Positions 1 through 14,120 of a stretch of 64,000 nucleotides of DNA are shown here, one piece after another. The position numbers and the translations under genes were made by a program. Under the pieces are notes generated by a model. It was not told where the DNA came from. It searched no databases and worked only from the letters and a program-made list of their open reading frames with translations. The stretch covers positions 3,720,001 through 3,784,000 of the forward strand of contig OX597842.1 in NCBI GenBank assembly GCA_951406725.2. Direction: 5' to 3'. How positions within the stretch are numbered: position 1 is the stretch's first letter; every line of letters starts with the position of its first letter. Source of the stretch: Octopus vulgaris. Taxonomy: Eukaryota.

Positions 1-44
1 AATCCACTCACAAGGCTTTGGTTGGCCCGAGGCTATAGTAGCCA

Positions 45-972
45 AGGAACCTTCTGATGCTAATCTTCTACAGAAAGACCCAGATGCCATAAATAAATGG
101 GCTGAGGATAACAACATGCAATTTAATGCAGGCAAATTCCAAGCCCTCCGCTACCAGCTAATTGGTGCTCTGAAGTCGCAACAGCGATATTTTGGACCTA
201 AAGAAGCGGAAATCCCAGGATCACATAGGGTGTTTGATCTTGAGATTGATATGAATAATAATACCTCATTTCACTTGCATATCACCAAGATGGTGGCTCT
301 ATGTGGGCGAATACCCGGATGCAGTCTGAGAACTTTAAGAACAAGGGACCTGGAAACTATACTGGTCCTATGGAGGACGTTTGTCTTCAGCCGTCTGGAC
401 TGCTGCTCTCAACTGTGGTCACCTTACAGTGTCAGGTTAATAGCAGAACTTGAGGTGATTCGGCGATGCTACACGAGGAAGACTGCATCAATGGAACAGC
501 TGAGCGACTGGGAGATACTGAAAGAGCTATGGCTCTACTTCCTGGAGCGAAGACGGGAGAGGTATGCAGTGATATATGTGGGGAAGATACTGGAGGGAGG
601 GCTGGCACCAAACTTTGGAGTTGAGAGTTACACCAGACTCCGAACTGGACGTCACTGCACTGTTCCAAAAGTCTCAGATATCCCATCAAAGTTGAGGATC
701 ATATACTGCAATAGCTTGGGATTCAAGGGCCCACAACTATTTAACACCCTGCGAGAACATCTGTGGAGCGGGGGTAGATATTTTCAAGAATCAACTTGAC
801 CTCTTGCTATCCAAGGTCACAGATGGACCAATATCAAGGCAGGAAACTCAAAAGAGGGCAGCAGTGTCGAACTCCCTCCTTCACCAAAAGCCAACCACAT
901 AGAATTGACCAATTAAAAGGTGATTACACTGGCTACATCCTTAGGACTAAAATATTTAAAAGAATAAAAAGA
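45..972 (+). mobile_element. 5'-truncated, degraded LINE (CR1/L2-group): RT C-terminus plus 3' UTR
   Basis: ORF 116-799 has post-RT motifs (NMQFNAGKF, SRLDCCSQLWSP, LERRRERYAVIY..KILEG, NSLGFKGPQLFNTL). Its 3' part recurs at about 40400-40690. Confidence 0.85.
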
Positions 973-1052
973 ATATACACACACACACACACACACAAAT
1001 ATATATATATATAAATGGAGGTTTAACGCAGGTGTAATTCAAATACCTTTAC

Positions 1053-1135
1053 TTCCGACACATGTTTCGAAGATATCACTGATATTATTCCAAAGAAATA
1101 AAATGGTGTAAAACAATGTAATCTTCTCTTAACCT
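1053..1135 (-). ncRNA. Degenerate hammerhead ribozyme motif
   Basis: Minus strand: stem II GAAGAT/ATCTTC, then GAAAC-ATGT-GTC. The CUGANGA box is damaged. Confidence 0.45.
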
Positions 1136-1239
1136 TCTACCTTTAAAAACAATGAGTTACAACCTCTTTACTTGTGTGATTTTTTGCTACCCTGGTAACT
1201 ATTTATCTATTTTCCCGTGTTAATATATATATATATATA

Positions 1240-1646
1240 GGCACAGGAGTGGCTGTGTGGTAAGTAGCTTGCTTACCAACCACATGGTTCCGGATTCAGT
1301 CCCATTGCCTTGAGCAAGTGTCTTCTACTATAGCCTCGGGCCGACCAAAGCCTTGTGAGTGGATATGGTAGACAGAAACTGAAAGAAGCCCGCCGTATAT
1401 ATGTATATATATATATATGTGTGTGTGTGCGTGTATGTTTGTATGTCCGTATTTGTCCCCCTAGCATTGCTTGACAATCGATGCTGGTGTGTTTATGTCC
1501 CCGTCACTTAGCAGTTCGGCAAAAGAGACCGATAGAATAAGTACTGGGCTTACAAAGAATAAGTCCCGGGGTCGATTTGCTCGACTAAAGGCGGTGCTCC
1601 AGCATGACCGCAGTCAACTGACTGAAACAAGTAAAAGAGTAAAGAG
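1240..1646 (+). mobile_element. tRNA-derived SINE family A, full length
   Basis: A/B-box-like head (TGGCTGTGTGG ... GATTCAGTCCC), internal TA/TG microsatellite, 3' CAGCATG..CGCAGTCAA.TGACTGAAACAAGTAAAAGAG. About 25 related copies or fragments in the window. Confidence 0.92.
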
Positions 1647-1954
1647 TATATATATATATTTATATGACGTATATGTATGTGTGCGTGGGTGTGTCTTCGT
1701 GTCTATGTATGCATATGTTTGTGTGAGTCTTTGTGTCTGTGTTTGTCCCCACCACCACCACTTGATAACCAGTGTTGGTGTGTTTGCGTCCTCTAATTTA
1801 CCTGTTTGACAAGAAATACTGGTAAAGTGGGTGCCAGATTAAAGAAAGTAGTACAGGGGACGATTCATTCTTTTTCTAAGAATTCGAAGTGGAGCTGCAG
1901 CTTGGCCAAAGTTTAATGACTGAAACAAGTAAAACATAAAACATTATATATATA

Positions 1955-2185
1955 CAGTATTCCCTCGACTATTGCGGGTATTACATTCCACCCCCACCCC
2001 TACCCCCCGCGATAGGTGAAAGTCCGCGAAGTAGAAACAGTACTGTACTGTATATCTGTTTTTATTATTTTATAATTTGTATATATTTATTTTATTATAA
2101 ATGCAAAACAACACCACAAAGGAATCAACATAAGCTTAAATAATAGACCGCGATAAGTGAACCGCGATATGGCGAGGGATTACTG
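1955..2185. mobile_element. pogo/Tigger-type MITE
   Basis: TIRs CAGTATTCCCTCG / CGAGGGATTACTG with TA on both sides, and subterminal CCGCGATA repeats. Confidence 0.85.
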
Positions 2186-2308
2186 TATGTATATATATAT
2201 ATATATATATATATTTAATTATTTTTTACTTGCTTCAGACTGCAGCCATGATGGGGCACCACATTGAGTTTTCAGTCAAATGAATCGACCTACCACACAG
2301 CCATGCCT

Positions 2309-2350
<42 letters not shown>

Positions 2351-2824
2351 GTAGAGAGAGAGAAAGAGAGAGATACACACACATGTTCACACACACATAC
2401 GCACAGTCACACACAGACAAGCCCCCACACATATATATACACACACATTTTGTAGTTCATGTATGTCTTGCAAACCATTAACCTAACACTATATATAATC
2501 GTCAGAATTATTTAAAGAAATATATATACATTACATTATTTCTAAGTGTTTCAGTCTATTTTTTCTCAACTTCCTGTACATAATGTTGCTATGACAACCA
2601 GATATCCAGCATGCTCAACTTCCTGTTCTTTGTTAAACACATCCTGTATAAATACGGTTTTAATCATCGCAACTCTGTTACTCCAAGAATTTTCTTTCAA
2701 TATCTTTTCAGTTTTTTCCTTCTGATGGAGGTTTGGAAGATTTTGTCTTTGTATTTTTTTTTCGTGTATTTTTTAAAACTTTTTCCAATCTTTCGTTGTC
2801 CTGGAAATGCACAGACACACACAG

Positions 2825-2872
<48 letters not shown>

Positions 2873-2956
2873 ATATATATATTCATTTGTATACGATGTA
2901 TATATATATATATATATATCCATTTGTATATGATGTGTACATATATGTATATATAT

Positions 2957-4106
<1,150 letters not shown>

Positions 4107-4108
<2 letters not shown>

Positions 4109-4430
4109 CGCAGGAATGGCTGCATGGCTTCCTGTTCAATCTCACTGTTTGTCACCTTGGTCAAGTGTCCTCCACTATAGTCTCAGATCTCTTGTGAACA
4201 GATTTGGTAGACAGAACCCCATTGTATATATGTATATGAGTGTGTCTTTGTGTTCCCCACCCTACCCCACTAACCAGTTTTGGTATGTTTACACCCCTGT
4301 AACTTACAGGTTCAGCAAAAAGACCGATAAAATAAGTGCCAGGTTTTTAAAAAATTAATAAGTATTCTACAAGGCAGTGTCCCGGCATGGCCACAGTTTA
4401 ATAACTGAAGCAAGTAAAAGAGATAAAAGA
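4107..4430 (+). mobile_element. SINE family A, diverged
   Basis: GGCGCAGGAATGGCTG head and CGGCATGGCCACAGTTTAATAACTGAAGCAAGTAAAAG tail. Confidence 0.8.
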
Positions 4431-4583
4431 AAACAAATGAGATATCCATTTATCAGTTCAGGAAAAAATTTAGATTCAAATGAATATGGTACTTAATTTA
4501 GATGCACCAGAATTCTGTATGGTGTTATCCATAATAATCTGTGGGGTGATTATAATCAAAATAAGCAACAAGAATGACTCCGG

Positions 4584-4674
4584 TAATTTGGTACGATCGT
4601 TTCGTACTACATCATTTTATTAAATGTAAGTATTACAACAGTTTTAAAATGCTGAGCACTCATCAGCCAATTAT
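4584..4674 (-). ncRNA. Type I hammerhead ribozyme, catalytic core intact
   Basis: Minus strand: TAATTGG CTGATGA GTGCT...AGTAC GAAAC GATC GTA^ CCAAATTA. Stem I TTGG/CCAA, 5-bp stem II, palindromic stem III ACGATCGT. Confidence 0.85.
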
Positions 4675-5176
4675 AGAGGTTTTCTATTAATACAAACATG
4701 TTCATATCAAGTGGCAACATTATAGAGAAGGTAGATATATAGACAAAGATGTGGATTTAAATTTTAAGAACATTTGAGGTAGTGGAGCCCATCAACTGAC
4801 TGACTAAGATTCGGTTGATCCAGACTACTGTAAGGTCCTGAGAGGGAAGAACAAATGAAAAGAGACAATAAAGATTTTCTAATTATAGAAATGGGGTAAA
4901 GGGGATGTCAGAGCTCCATATAAGGAATTTATGTAGAAGACAGCATTGTCACAACTAAATGCCAATTACTACAATTTGATGAACAGATTCAGCGTTAGGA
5001 GAAACTAGGTCAAAGTCAAATGGTCACAATAACATTCACAGAGAATGCAGAGACCTTACAAACCCTATGCACATCATCACAACAGTTGGTCAATAAGTTC
5101 CAAGTACTTTGACACGTTAGAATAAAGGAGAAAATATAAATCTAAAATTTATTCAATTTGGAGAAAAAGACTATCA

Positions 5177-5231
<55 letters not shown>

Positions 5232-5236
<5 letters not shown>

Positions 5237-5416
5237 TAAAAACGGTAAGATAACAAGAGAAAGAAATAGACCTCAATATTATGTAAATAGAGGAAATTTA
5301 TCTGTAAATTACTATGTGACAATTATTCGGTACCCAAGATAAAACTTTGAGTTTCGGATGCCGAGATGGAAATCCACAACACCATCTCTTGGCTACCGAA
5401 TAATTGTCACATATTA

Positions 5417-5420
<4 letters not shown>
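5232..5420 (-). mobile_element. Penelope-like short element with inverted terminus (family also at about 6615-6680, 36995-37245 and 43535-43800)
   Basis: GTGACAATTATTCGGTA / TACCGAATAATTGTCAC inverted arms, partial hammerhead (CATCCGAAAC on the minus strand), embedded in (TA)n. Confidence 0.7.
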
Positions 5421-5504
<84 letters not shown>

Positions 5505-5689
5505 TTTGAGGGAATAAATCCAAACTTAAAGGAAAAAGAATTCAATTTAGAAATACTAAATCAAATTCCACACAATATAATATTTATAAAATATTAGAAA
5601 AAAAAACACCTTTTATCAATTCAAAATGAATAATTAAATTACACCATCTAGAAAATTACATATTACATATATATATATAATACACCTTA

Positions 5690-6193
5690 AGTACAGGACG
5701 CCACCAACAAGTGAAAAATACCTGAACACACGAAATATAGAGGACAAACTGCCAAAAATATACACATTAAATACAGAACACAATACCTAAAACATACGCA
5801 ATAAGTGCAGGACATCGGGCTGGACGTCATTACTCTGGCTTCCCAACATTATTTTCTCTTCTACTATTTTCTACTCTTCTATTTATTTTATTTCCTTTAA
5901 AAAGTTCTCCCAGGCGTTACACATTACAATTCGTCTTGGCCTGACGACCCTTAATGTCTGTCTTCGTCGATTGTTTGTTCGTTCCAAGCCCTAACTCGCC
6001 ATACAGTATGTATGTTAAAAATTTCTGGATACTGGTGTCTTATGAAGTTTTCCTATCTTGTTGTTAAAAGCTCGAAATAGGGAGTAATGTCACTGTTGAC
6101 AACTGATGAGCGAGTTATCTTGTTTTGGTATTTTGTCCCATACTTGTTTCTCGTGTGTTTACATAATTTTCACTCGTTGGTGATGTCCTGTAC
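5690..6193 (+). mobile_element. Short element with diverged inverted ends and a partial hammerhead
   Basis: GTACAGGACGCCACCAACAAGTGAAAA at 5690 is the inverse of 6166-6193. CTGATGA at 6104 has no downstream GAAA. Confidence 0.55.
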
Positions 6194-6220
6194 ATATATA
6201 TATATATGTATATATATATA

Positions 6221-6612
6221 CTAGCAGTATCGCCCGGCGTTGCTCGGGTTTGTAAGGGAAATAATTATATAAGCATTTTTAGAGATGTAAAGTATAATAG
6301 CCATCTCAATATGGCTAACCACAAAGGGGGAGGGGTGTTACTGTAGCTTTTTACGTTCTGAGATTTAATAATAAATTTTAGAGAGTTACTTCCCTTATAT
6401 ATGTCAAAAATGGATTAAAATGGGAAAAATTGATGGTAATTTTTTTTTTAATCGTAGACTCATCGTAGACGCGCGCTAATACCCAGACGGTCTCGATATG
6501 AATCACGACTATAAGATACCCGGTTTTGGTTAAACTGCACCGCAAAATGTGGGAGTAGTTAGGAATCTAAATCGTAGGAGACAGACACACAACCTCACTT
6601 TTATATATAAAG
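6221..6612 (-). mobile_element. Non-autonomous Helitron
   Basis: Minus strand begins TC(TTTATATATAAAAG) and ends with the hairpin CCCGAGCAACGCCGGG followed by CTAG, between A and T. Matches 11577-11800. Confidence 0.85.
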
Positions 6613-6711
6613 ATTTCCTCTATTTACATAATATTGAGGTCTCTTTCTTTCTTTTGTTATCTTACTGTTTTTACCAATATACATATATATATATATATAA
6701 ATATATATATA

Positions 6712-7035
6712 GTTACAGAGATGTACTTGCATAGCAAGTGACTTGATCTGAGATCGTGTGCTGGAACGAAAACAGTTGCAGCGTTGAAGGTGTTTATAAG
6801 CCATTTAAGAAACATACAAAAACCGTTAGATTCACTTCAACATTTAAATTAAATTTGTCAAAATATTTTCGTCGCTTTGAGACCGCGACCTGTTAGCAAG
6901 ATATTTTTGTCAGTGAACAGGTCGCGGTCTCAAAGCGACGAAAATATTTTGGCAAATTAAATTTAAATGTTGAAGTGAATGTAACGGTTTTTGTGTGTTT
7001 CTTAAATGGCTTACAAACACCTTCCACGCTGCAAT
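6712..7035. mobile_element. Fold-back (tail-to-tail) Penelope-like element
   Basis: About 120-bp inverted arms, 6775-6894 / 6916-7035, in TA-rich flanks, with a hammerhead-like topology at 6906-6956. Confidence 0.65.
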
Positions 7036-8008
7036 ATATATATACACACATATATATATATGTATGTATGTATGTATGTGTGTATATGTGTATGCATGTA
7101 TGTGTGTGTGTGTGCGTGTCTGTGCTTGTGATTGTCCTCCACCACTGCTTGACAACGAATGTTGGTTTGTTTACATCCCTGTCACCTAGTGGTTTGACAA
7201 AGGAAACAGATAGAATAAGTACAATGCTTACAAAAATAAAACTGGAGTTGATTCATTAAACTACAATTCTTCAAGGCATTGCCCCAGCATGGCCACAGAG
7301 CAATGGCTGGAAAAAGCAGAAGAATAAAAGAATTGAGGGGGACCTCTACATGGTAGCTAGACCTGGTAGAAATAGCAGCAAAATTTCCCCCAAATCACAC
7401 CTTACTGTCTTATCTATGTATATATGTATGTATGAGCCTATGAGGGAGACCCCTACATGGCAGCTAGACATGGTAGAAATAGCAGCCAAATCTCCCTCAA
7501 ATCACACCTTACTGTCTTATCTTTCTGCTACTTGGATATAGGTGTTATATTCGTCTAAAAAAACTTTCCTGTCACACACTCACGCACACGCACACACACA
7601 CACACACGCACCGTCACACACACACACGCGCGCACACACACACGCACGTTAGCTTACAATTTTATTTATATATTTGCGTGTGTATGTGTGGAAAGAGGAA
7701 GTGGGAGGCAGAGTGAAAGAATCACTCACCACAGTAAGTGAATTAGTTTCATTTTATTCGTTGCCCACTGTGTGTGTGCGTTTGCGTGTGGTGTAAACCA
7801 GACTAAGAAAAGCATTTGACACACACACCAGAATGTGAGTTTTCTGTAAATTTTGCTTAATTGGAGTTTAAATTTTAAAAACTGGACCTGGCATGACGCG
7901 ATGCATTGTACTGTTAAAAATGCCAGGTAAATTGTAATTGAAGAAATCCTATATTGTAGATTTGTATAACTCCCAAAGGGAGGCAGATAAAATCTGCCTT
8001 TTATAATA

Positions 8009-8123
<115 letters not shown>

Positions 8124-8235
8124 AATAAATACATACATACACACATACATATATGTAAAAAATAATATATATATACACACACACATATATACATGTGCAT
8201 ATATGAGTACAGGATGACACCAACTGTGCAAACAA

Positions 8236-8563
8236 CATGGGCAAGTGTCTTCTGCTATAGCCCCGGGCCGACCAATGTCTTGTGAGTGGATTTGGTAGAC
8301 GGAAACTGAAAGAAGCCTGTGGTATATATGTATATATATGTATGTATGTGTGTGTATTTATGTGTCTGTGTTTGTCCCCCTAGCATTGCTTGACAACCGA
8401 TGCTGGTATGTGTACGTCCCCGTCACTTAGCGGTTCGGCAAAAGAGACCGATAGAATAAGTACTGGGCTTACAAAGAATAAGTCTCGGGGTCGATTTGCT
8501 CGACTAAAGGCGGTGCTCCAGCATGGCCGCAGTCAAATGAGTGAAACGAATAAAAGAATAAAA

Positions 8564-8566
<3 letters not shown>
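8236..8566 (+). mobile_element. SINE family A, 5'-truncated
   Basis: Close match to other family A copies. Confidence 0.9.
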
Positions 8567-8594
<28 letters not shown>

Positions 8595-8994
8595 CGCGCT
8601 TACACATGTCTATATGTGTGTGTGTGTTCGTTTTCCTTTTTCCCTCTCTGATCTGCAGTTGTGCTGAGGCACCGCTGTAAAGGGTTTAGGGAATCAAATG
8701 GTTGCCAACAATTAATCTAAAGTCTGTTTCTTATTCTCTTGGATTCTTCTGCCAAATTGCTTAATTATGGCGACATAAAGAAACCAGCACTTTTGAGACA
8801 GAGGTGGGGAAGGAACACAAAGACTAAGACTCACAGTCACAGATACACACACACACACACACACACTCACAGTCACAGATACACACACACACACACTCAC
8901 TCACTCACACACACACACACACTCACTCACTCACTCACTCACACACACACACACGCACGCACGCACGCACACAAACACACATACACACACGCGC

Positions 8995-9590
<596 letters not shown>

Positions 9591-9591
9591 G

Positions 9592-10865
9592 TTTTTTTAT
9601 TAGCCACACAGGGCCGAAAACAGAGGGGACAAAATAAAAAACATAATTCGATCAATAGGGATCGTGAAAAAAAACGTCGATCGAAAGGGATCGTGTATCA
9701 CAGAAAATGTAAATGTTACAAAAAAGAGAAATAGATTAGGTTTATCCGTGGAAAGAAAAGCCTACGGAAAAGACCACGGTAACCTCAGGCAATAATGTCC
9801 TACAAAAACACATTACAGTAAGTGACCCTCTTTCTGTTTTCTTTCTTTTTCTGGTTCATAGGATCATACTCAAGGTGGATCTGTCATTCATACGTGCCAT
9901 CCTTGCTACATTCACCCATCTTTTTTTTGAAACAATTGCTAGACAAAACTTCCCTCTCTACTCTCACTTTCCTTTTCACGTGATACTTGAAGAAGTTGAT
10001 GAGAGATTGACCAGAGAGGAAAGTGTTTGTCTCTGGGCCTTTCAAACGCGTCCACCAGATACATTCTGTCGCCATAGTATTATAAAGTATTATAAAAATA
10101 GCTCTTCTTTCCTGTTTGAAGGAAGGAGGCGTGACGATATTGACAATAGACTCGGCTGATAAACCGACTCGTCCCACACGTGACAGCAGTCGTTCGACAT
10201 AAGCCAACAGGTCGGAAATTGTTGGACACTGCACGAGTGCGTGCAGAACGGTTTCGTCGCTCTGACTGCATCTCGGGCAGGTCGGCCCCGTGTTTCTCGA
10301 ACCATGTCTATAGAGCTTATCCCGAACTGGTAGCGCTTCTCGGTAGCACTGCCAGGACAGGGATCTCTGGAAAGTGTCCATAGGTCCCGGCCCGAAAGTC
10401 GTCTTGAAAAGGTGGGTCAGGTATTCCTCGTCAACGCCCAGGTTCGCCCCGAGATCGGTGTCGTATCTCCTCTCTATTAATCCCCTATAGAATGTTTTCG
10501 CGATGATTCAGTCGCTCATGGTCGACCCGGGACGGCATAGTGGCTCGAGAGCAACGCGACACTCGCGATGCTATTCGCCCTTACCTTTTGATCCACGACT
10601 GCAGTTCAGTCATGGAGACGATCTGCGGGAAAGCGTACCTCACAAACGGCGACCACACCTGTTCACCGTCGTCGATGTAGAGCCGGAGATGTCGCAGTCT
10701 CAGCGCGTGTCTGCACATTATCAACCACGGTACCCAGCCCCCCTTTTAGCGGGTGTTGGCAGCAAACGGATCACCTGACTATTGGGATGCTTTCTTTCTA
10801 CAAGAAGCAGAAGGGGATGCGTTCCAGTTTGGTGAGTAAATACGGGAGCTACGTAAAATGAAGCG
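9592..10865 (-). mobile_element. 5'-truncated L1/Tx1-clade LINE
   Basis: Minus-strand translation gives CCQHPLKGG(LG), WQCYREALPVRDKL and the CCHC knuckle CPRC..ETVLHALVQCP. T-rich 3' UTR, then AATAAAAAAA tail. Contains stops and frameshifts. Confidence 0.88.
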
Positions 10866-11231
10866 ACACCGGGTAGTCCTCTATTATAATTCCATTCACA
10901 TCTAGAATTTTTTCTAGGTATATTAAATCTACACCAGGATTTCTCTGGTACTTTATTTTATTTACCTCAGAAGGATGAAGTTAAAGTTAGTCTCATATTA
11001 TAATTCCATCAACACCTAGGATGCTTTATAGGAATATTCAATCTACCCCAGTATCTTAGGAGTACTTTATTTTACCAACACCAGAAGGACTTACTTAAAG
11101 TAGGTCTTAGTCTTCTACTTATAATTCCATTGACATCTTGGATGTTTTATACAAATATTCAGTCTGGCCCAGTATTTCATTGCTACTTTATTTCATCAAC
11201 ACCAGAAGGATGAAGGACAAAGTTAGTTTTA

Positions 11232-11560
11232 CATTATTTACAATGGACAAATAGGTGTCCTCACCTTGTTTGTTGTTATCACAACGTTTCTGCTGATGTA
11301 CTTATTATATTTCTATCATATATCAGGTGTTCTGTTAATTTCGAATCCAACCTTTAAATCTGTCGAATTTGTCTAGCAGAATTGTTAGCACACTAGGCAA
11401 AATGCCTTTACGCTCTGGGTTCAAATTCCACCTAAACACCTAATGAAGGCTAGAGAGTACAACAGTCGAAACGTTGTGATAACAACAAACAAAGTGAGAA
11501 CACCTATCCCTCCAATGTAAATAACTTACATAATTCCTCATTCGAAAGATATAGAATAGT
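11232..11560 (+). mobile_element. Penelope-like element with inverted arms and a mutated hammerhead; SINE C fragment inside
   Basis: Arms 11233-11290 / 11468-11524 are inverted. AACAC CTAATGA AGGCT...AGTC GAAAC GTT^ GTG at 11435-11478. Confidence 0.7.
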
Positions 11561-11576
11561 AAGCTAGTTTTAGTCA

Positions 11577-11800
11577 TCTTTATATATAAAAGTCAAGTTG
11601 TGTGTCTGTCTCCTATGATTTAGATTCCTAACTACTCCCACATTTTGCAGTGCAGTTTAACCAAAACCGGGTATCTTATACCATCATTTTTTTTTCCATT
11701 TTTAATGCATTTTTTTTCTATTTTTTGGCTATAACTCTCTAAAAATGCTTATATAGTTATTTCCCTTACAAATCCGAGCAACGCCGGGCGATACTGCTAG
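11577..11800 (+). mobile_element. Non-autonomous Helitron
   Basis: A|TC ... CCGAGCAACGCCGGG ... CTAG|T. Removing it restores the satellite unit start (TAGTCATCTATTATAA). Confidence 0.9.
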
Positions 11801-13124
11801 TCTATTATAATTCCATTCACATCTAGGATATTTTAAAGGCATATTAAATCTACCCCAGTATTTCACTGCTATTTTATTTTATCAACCCCAGAAGGATGAA
11901 AGATAAAGTTATTGTTAGTCTTCTGTTATATTTCCATTCACATCTCAGATGTTTTATAGGAATATTAAATCTACCCCAGTATTTCACTGCTACTTTATTT
12001 TACAAGGATGGAACATAAAGTTAATCTATAATGATTCCATTTACATCTTGGATGTTTTATAGGAATATCAAAGTTCCCCCTATATATCACTGGTACTTTA
12101 TTGACAAGTAAATTTAGTCAGTCTTTTGTTTTAATTCAGTTCCCATTTTGGATGTTTTGTAGGAATGGTAAATCGATTCCAGTATTTCACTTCTTGTATC
12201 AATCCTGAAGCAGAGAAAACAATATTAGACATCAATGATTAAGACCAGAATGTTTTTGATTAATTATAAATCTAATTGGTTCAGTCTGACCTGGTATTAG
12301 ACAATAATCTTTTCTTTCCTCTCTCCCATCACCTTTCATGCTCCTCCGCCTCTCTCTCTCTCCCTCGTAAATGCACACACACTTATCTACTCCAACTATC
12401 ACTCTTACTTTCACTTTTGAATGGCACACTCCCTAATCACACCCTCCCCTTACCACAAGACACGCAAAACGCCTGCAAATTATCGCAAAGCGTTAAATAT
12501 TCATCAACACACTATTGTCTGTCTGTTCTTGCTCAAATTTGACAGACAAACAGACCCAGAGAACATTGCTCTGTCTATTTGTCTATAATGGTCAACAAGG
12601 GATTTCAATGCTCGCTGTACGTCACAGCACTCCGGACCCTGAAATGGGAGCAAGTGGGGTTAAGACATCTCTTGAGGAGGCACATGATACATACCATCTG
12701 ACAAAGACAACTGCAAAGATCACAAAAAGAAACAAACAACAACAACAGCAACAACAACAATTCGTTGACCAGAAAAGGGGTCAGAATGAAATAAAATAAA
12801 AAATACACAAGGGTCATTTGTTACGGTCATTTATATTTGTCCCCTGCGGTCCAAGGACTAGAAAGTAATGGAATTAACATATTTCGGTGTCAACCACCGA
12901 AGATGTTGAGGATTTTAAATTCAGAGTTAGGTTTTAGGGTTAAGGTTGGGGTTAGGGTTGGGGTTTCGGAGAGATGTCACATTCTTGAAAATCTTCTTTT
13001 GCTGTATGGTAACCAGCTGCCATTTATGGTTGATGCTACCAAAGACACTTTGTTACTGGAGTCGATCAAATCAATATCCCCCTTCCACCAAAATTTCAGG
13101 CCTTGTGCCTATAGTAGAAAGGAT

Positions 13125-13311
<187 letters not shown>

Positions 13312-13313
13312 TA

Positions 13314-13482
13314 AGGTGGTGAGCTGGCAGAATTGTTGGTGCGCTGGACAAAATGTTTAGCGGTACTTCACCCATTACAATGTTCAAATTCCGCCGAGGT
13401 TGACTTTGCCTTTCATCCTTTCGGGGTTGATAAATTAAGTAGCAGTTATGTACTGGGGTCAATGTAATCGACTCAACCCCTC
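13314..13482 (+). mobile_element. SINE family C
   Basis: GGTGGTGAGCTGGCAGAATTG...GTTCAAATTCC head and GACTTTGCCTTTCATCCTTTCGGGG body. Other copies at 13926-14120 and 45992-46175. Confidence 0.85.
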
Positions 13483-13508
13483 TCATTATTATTGTTAGCA
13501 TTATTATA

Positions 13509-13908
13509 GGCGCAGGAGTGGCTGTGTGGTAAGTTGCTTGCTTACGAACCACATGGTTCTGGGTTCAGTCCTACTGCGTGGCACCTTGGGCAAGTGTCTT
13601 CTACTATAGCCTCGGGCTGACCAAAGACTTGTGAGTTGATTTGGTAGATGGAAACTGAAAGAAGCCTGACGTATATATGTATGTGGGTGGGTGTGATTGT
13701 GTGTCTGTGTTTGTCCCCCCAACATTGCTTGACAACCGATGCTGGTGTGTTTACGTCCCCGTCACTTATCGGTTCGGCAAAAGAGACCGATAGAATAAGT
13801 ACTAGGCTTACAAAGAATAAGTCCTGGGATCGATTTGCTCGACTAAAGGCGGTGCTCCAGCATGGCCGCAGTCAAATGACTCAAACAAGTCAAAGCAGAG
13901 TAAAATAG
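13509..13908 (+). mobile_element. SINE family A, full length
   Basis: Complete head, body and tail. Confidence 0.92.
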
Positions 13909-13925
13909 AGATTATTTCTATGTCT

Positions 13926-14120
13926 GTGGCGAGCTAGCAGAATTGTTAGCACACTGGACAAAATGGCTTTACATTCTGGGTTCAAATTGCACTGAGGTTG
14001 ACTTTGTCCTTCTTTCTTTCGGGGTCCATGAAATAAGTACCAGTTGGACAAGGGGATCGATCTAATTGATTAGCCCCTTCTACCAAAATTTCAGTTTTTG
14101 TGCCTATTGTGGAAAGGCAT
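13926..14120 (+). mobile_element. SINE family C
   Basis: Matches 13314-13482. Confidence 0.8.

Larger units (their letters stand above)
10873..12210. repeat. Diverged tandem repeat of about 115-120 bp (about 6-7 units), interrupted by two insertions
   Basis: Unit TAGTCTTCTATTATAATTCCATTCACATCTAGGATGTTTTATAGGAATATTAAATCTACCCCAGTATTTCACTGCTACTTTATTTTATCAACACCAGAAGGATGAAG..AAAGT recurs at about 10874, 10988, 11108, 11801, 11917, 12025 and 12120. Confidence 0.9.

Noticed and set aside
10873-12210. CRISPR-like periodicity
   Set aside because: Whole units repeat without unique spacers, there are no cas genes, and the context is eukaryotic.
12925-12965. TTAGGG-like interstitial telomeric repeat
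   Set aside because: Only a few degenerate units, too short to interpret.
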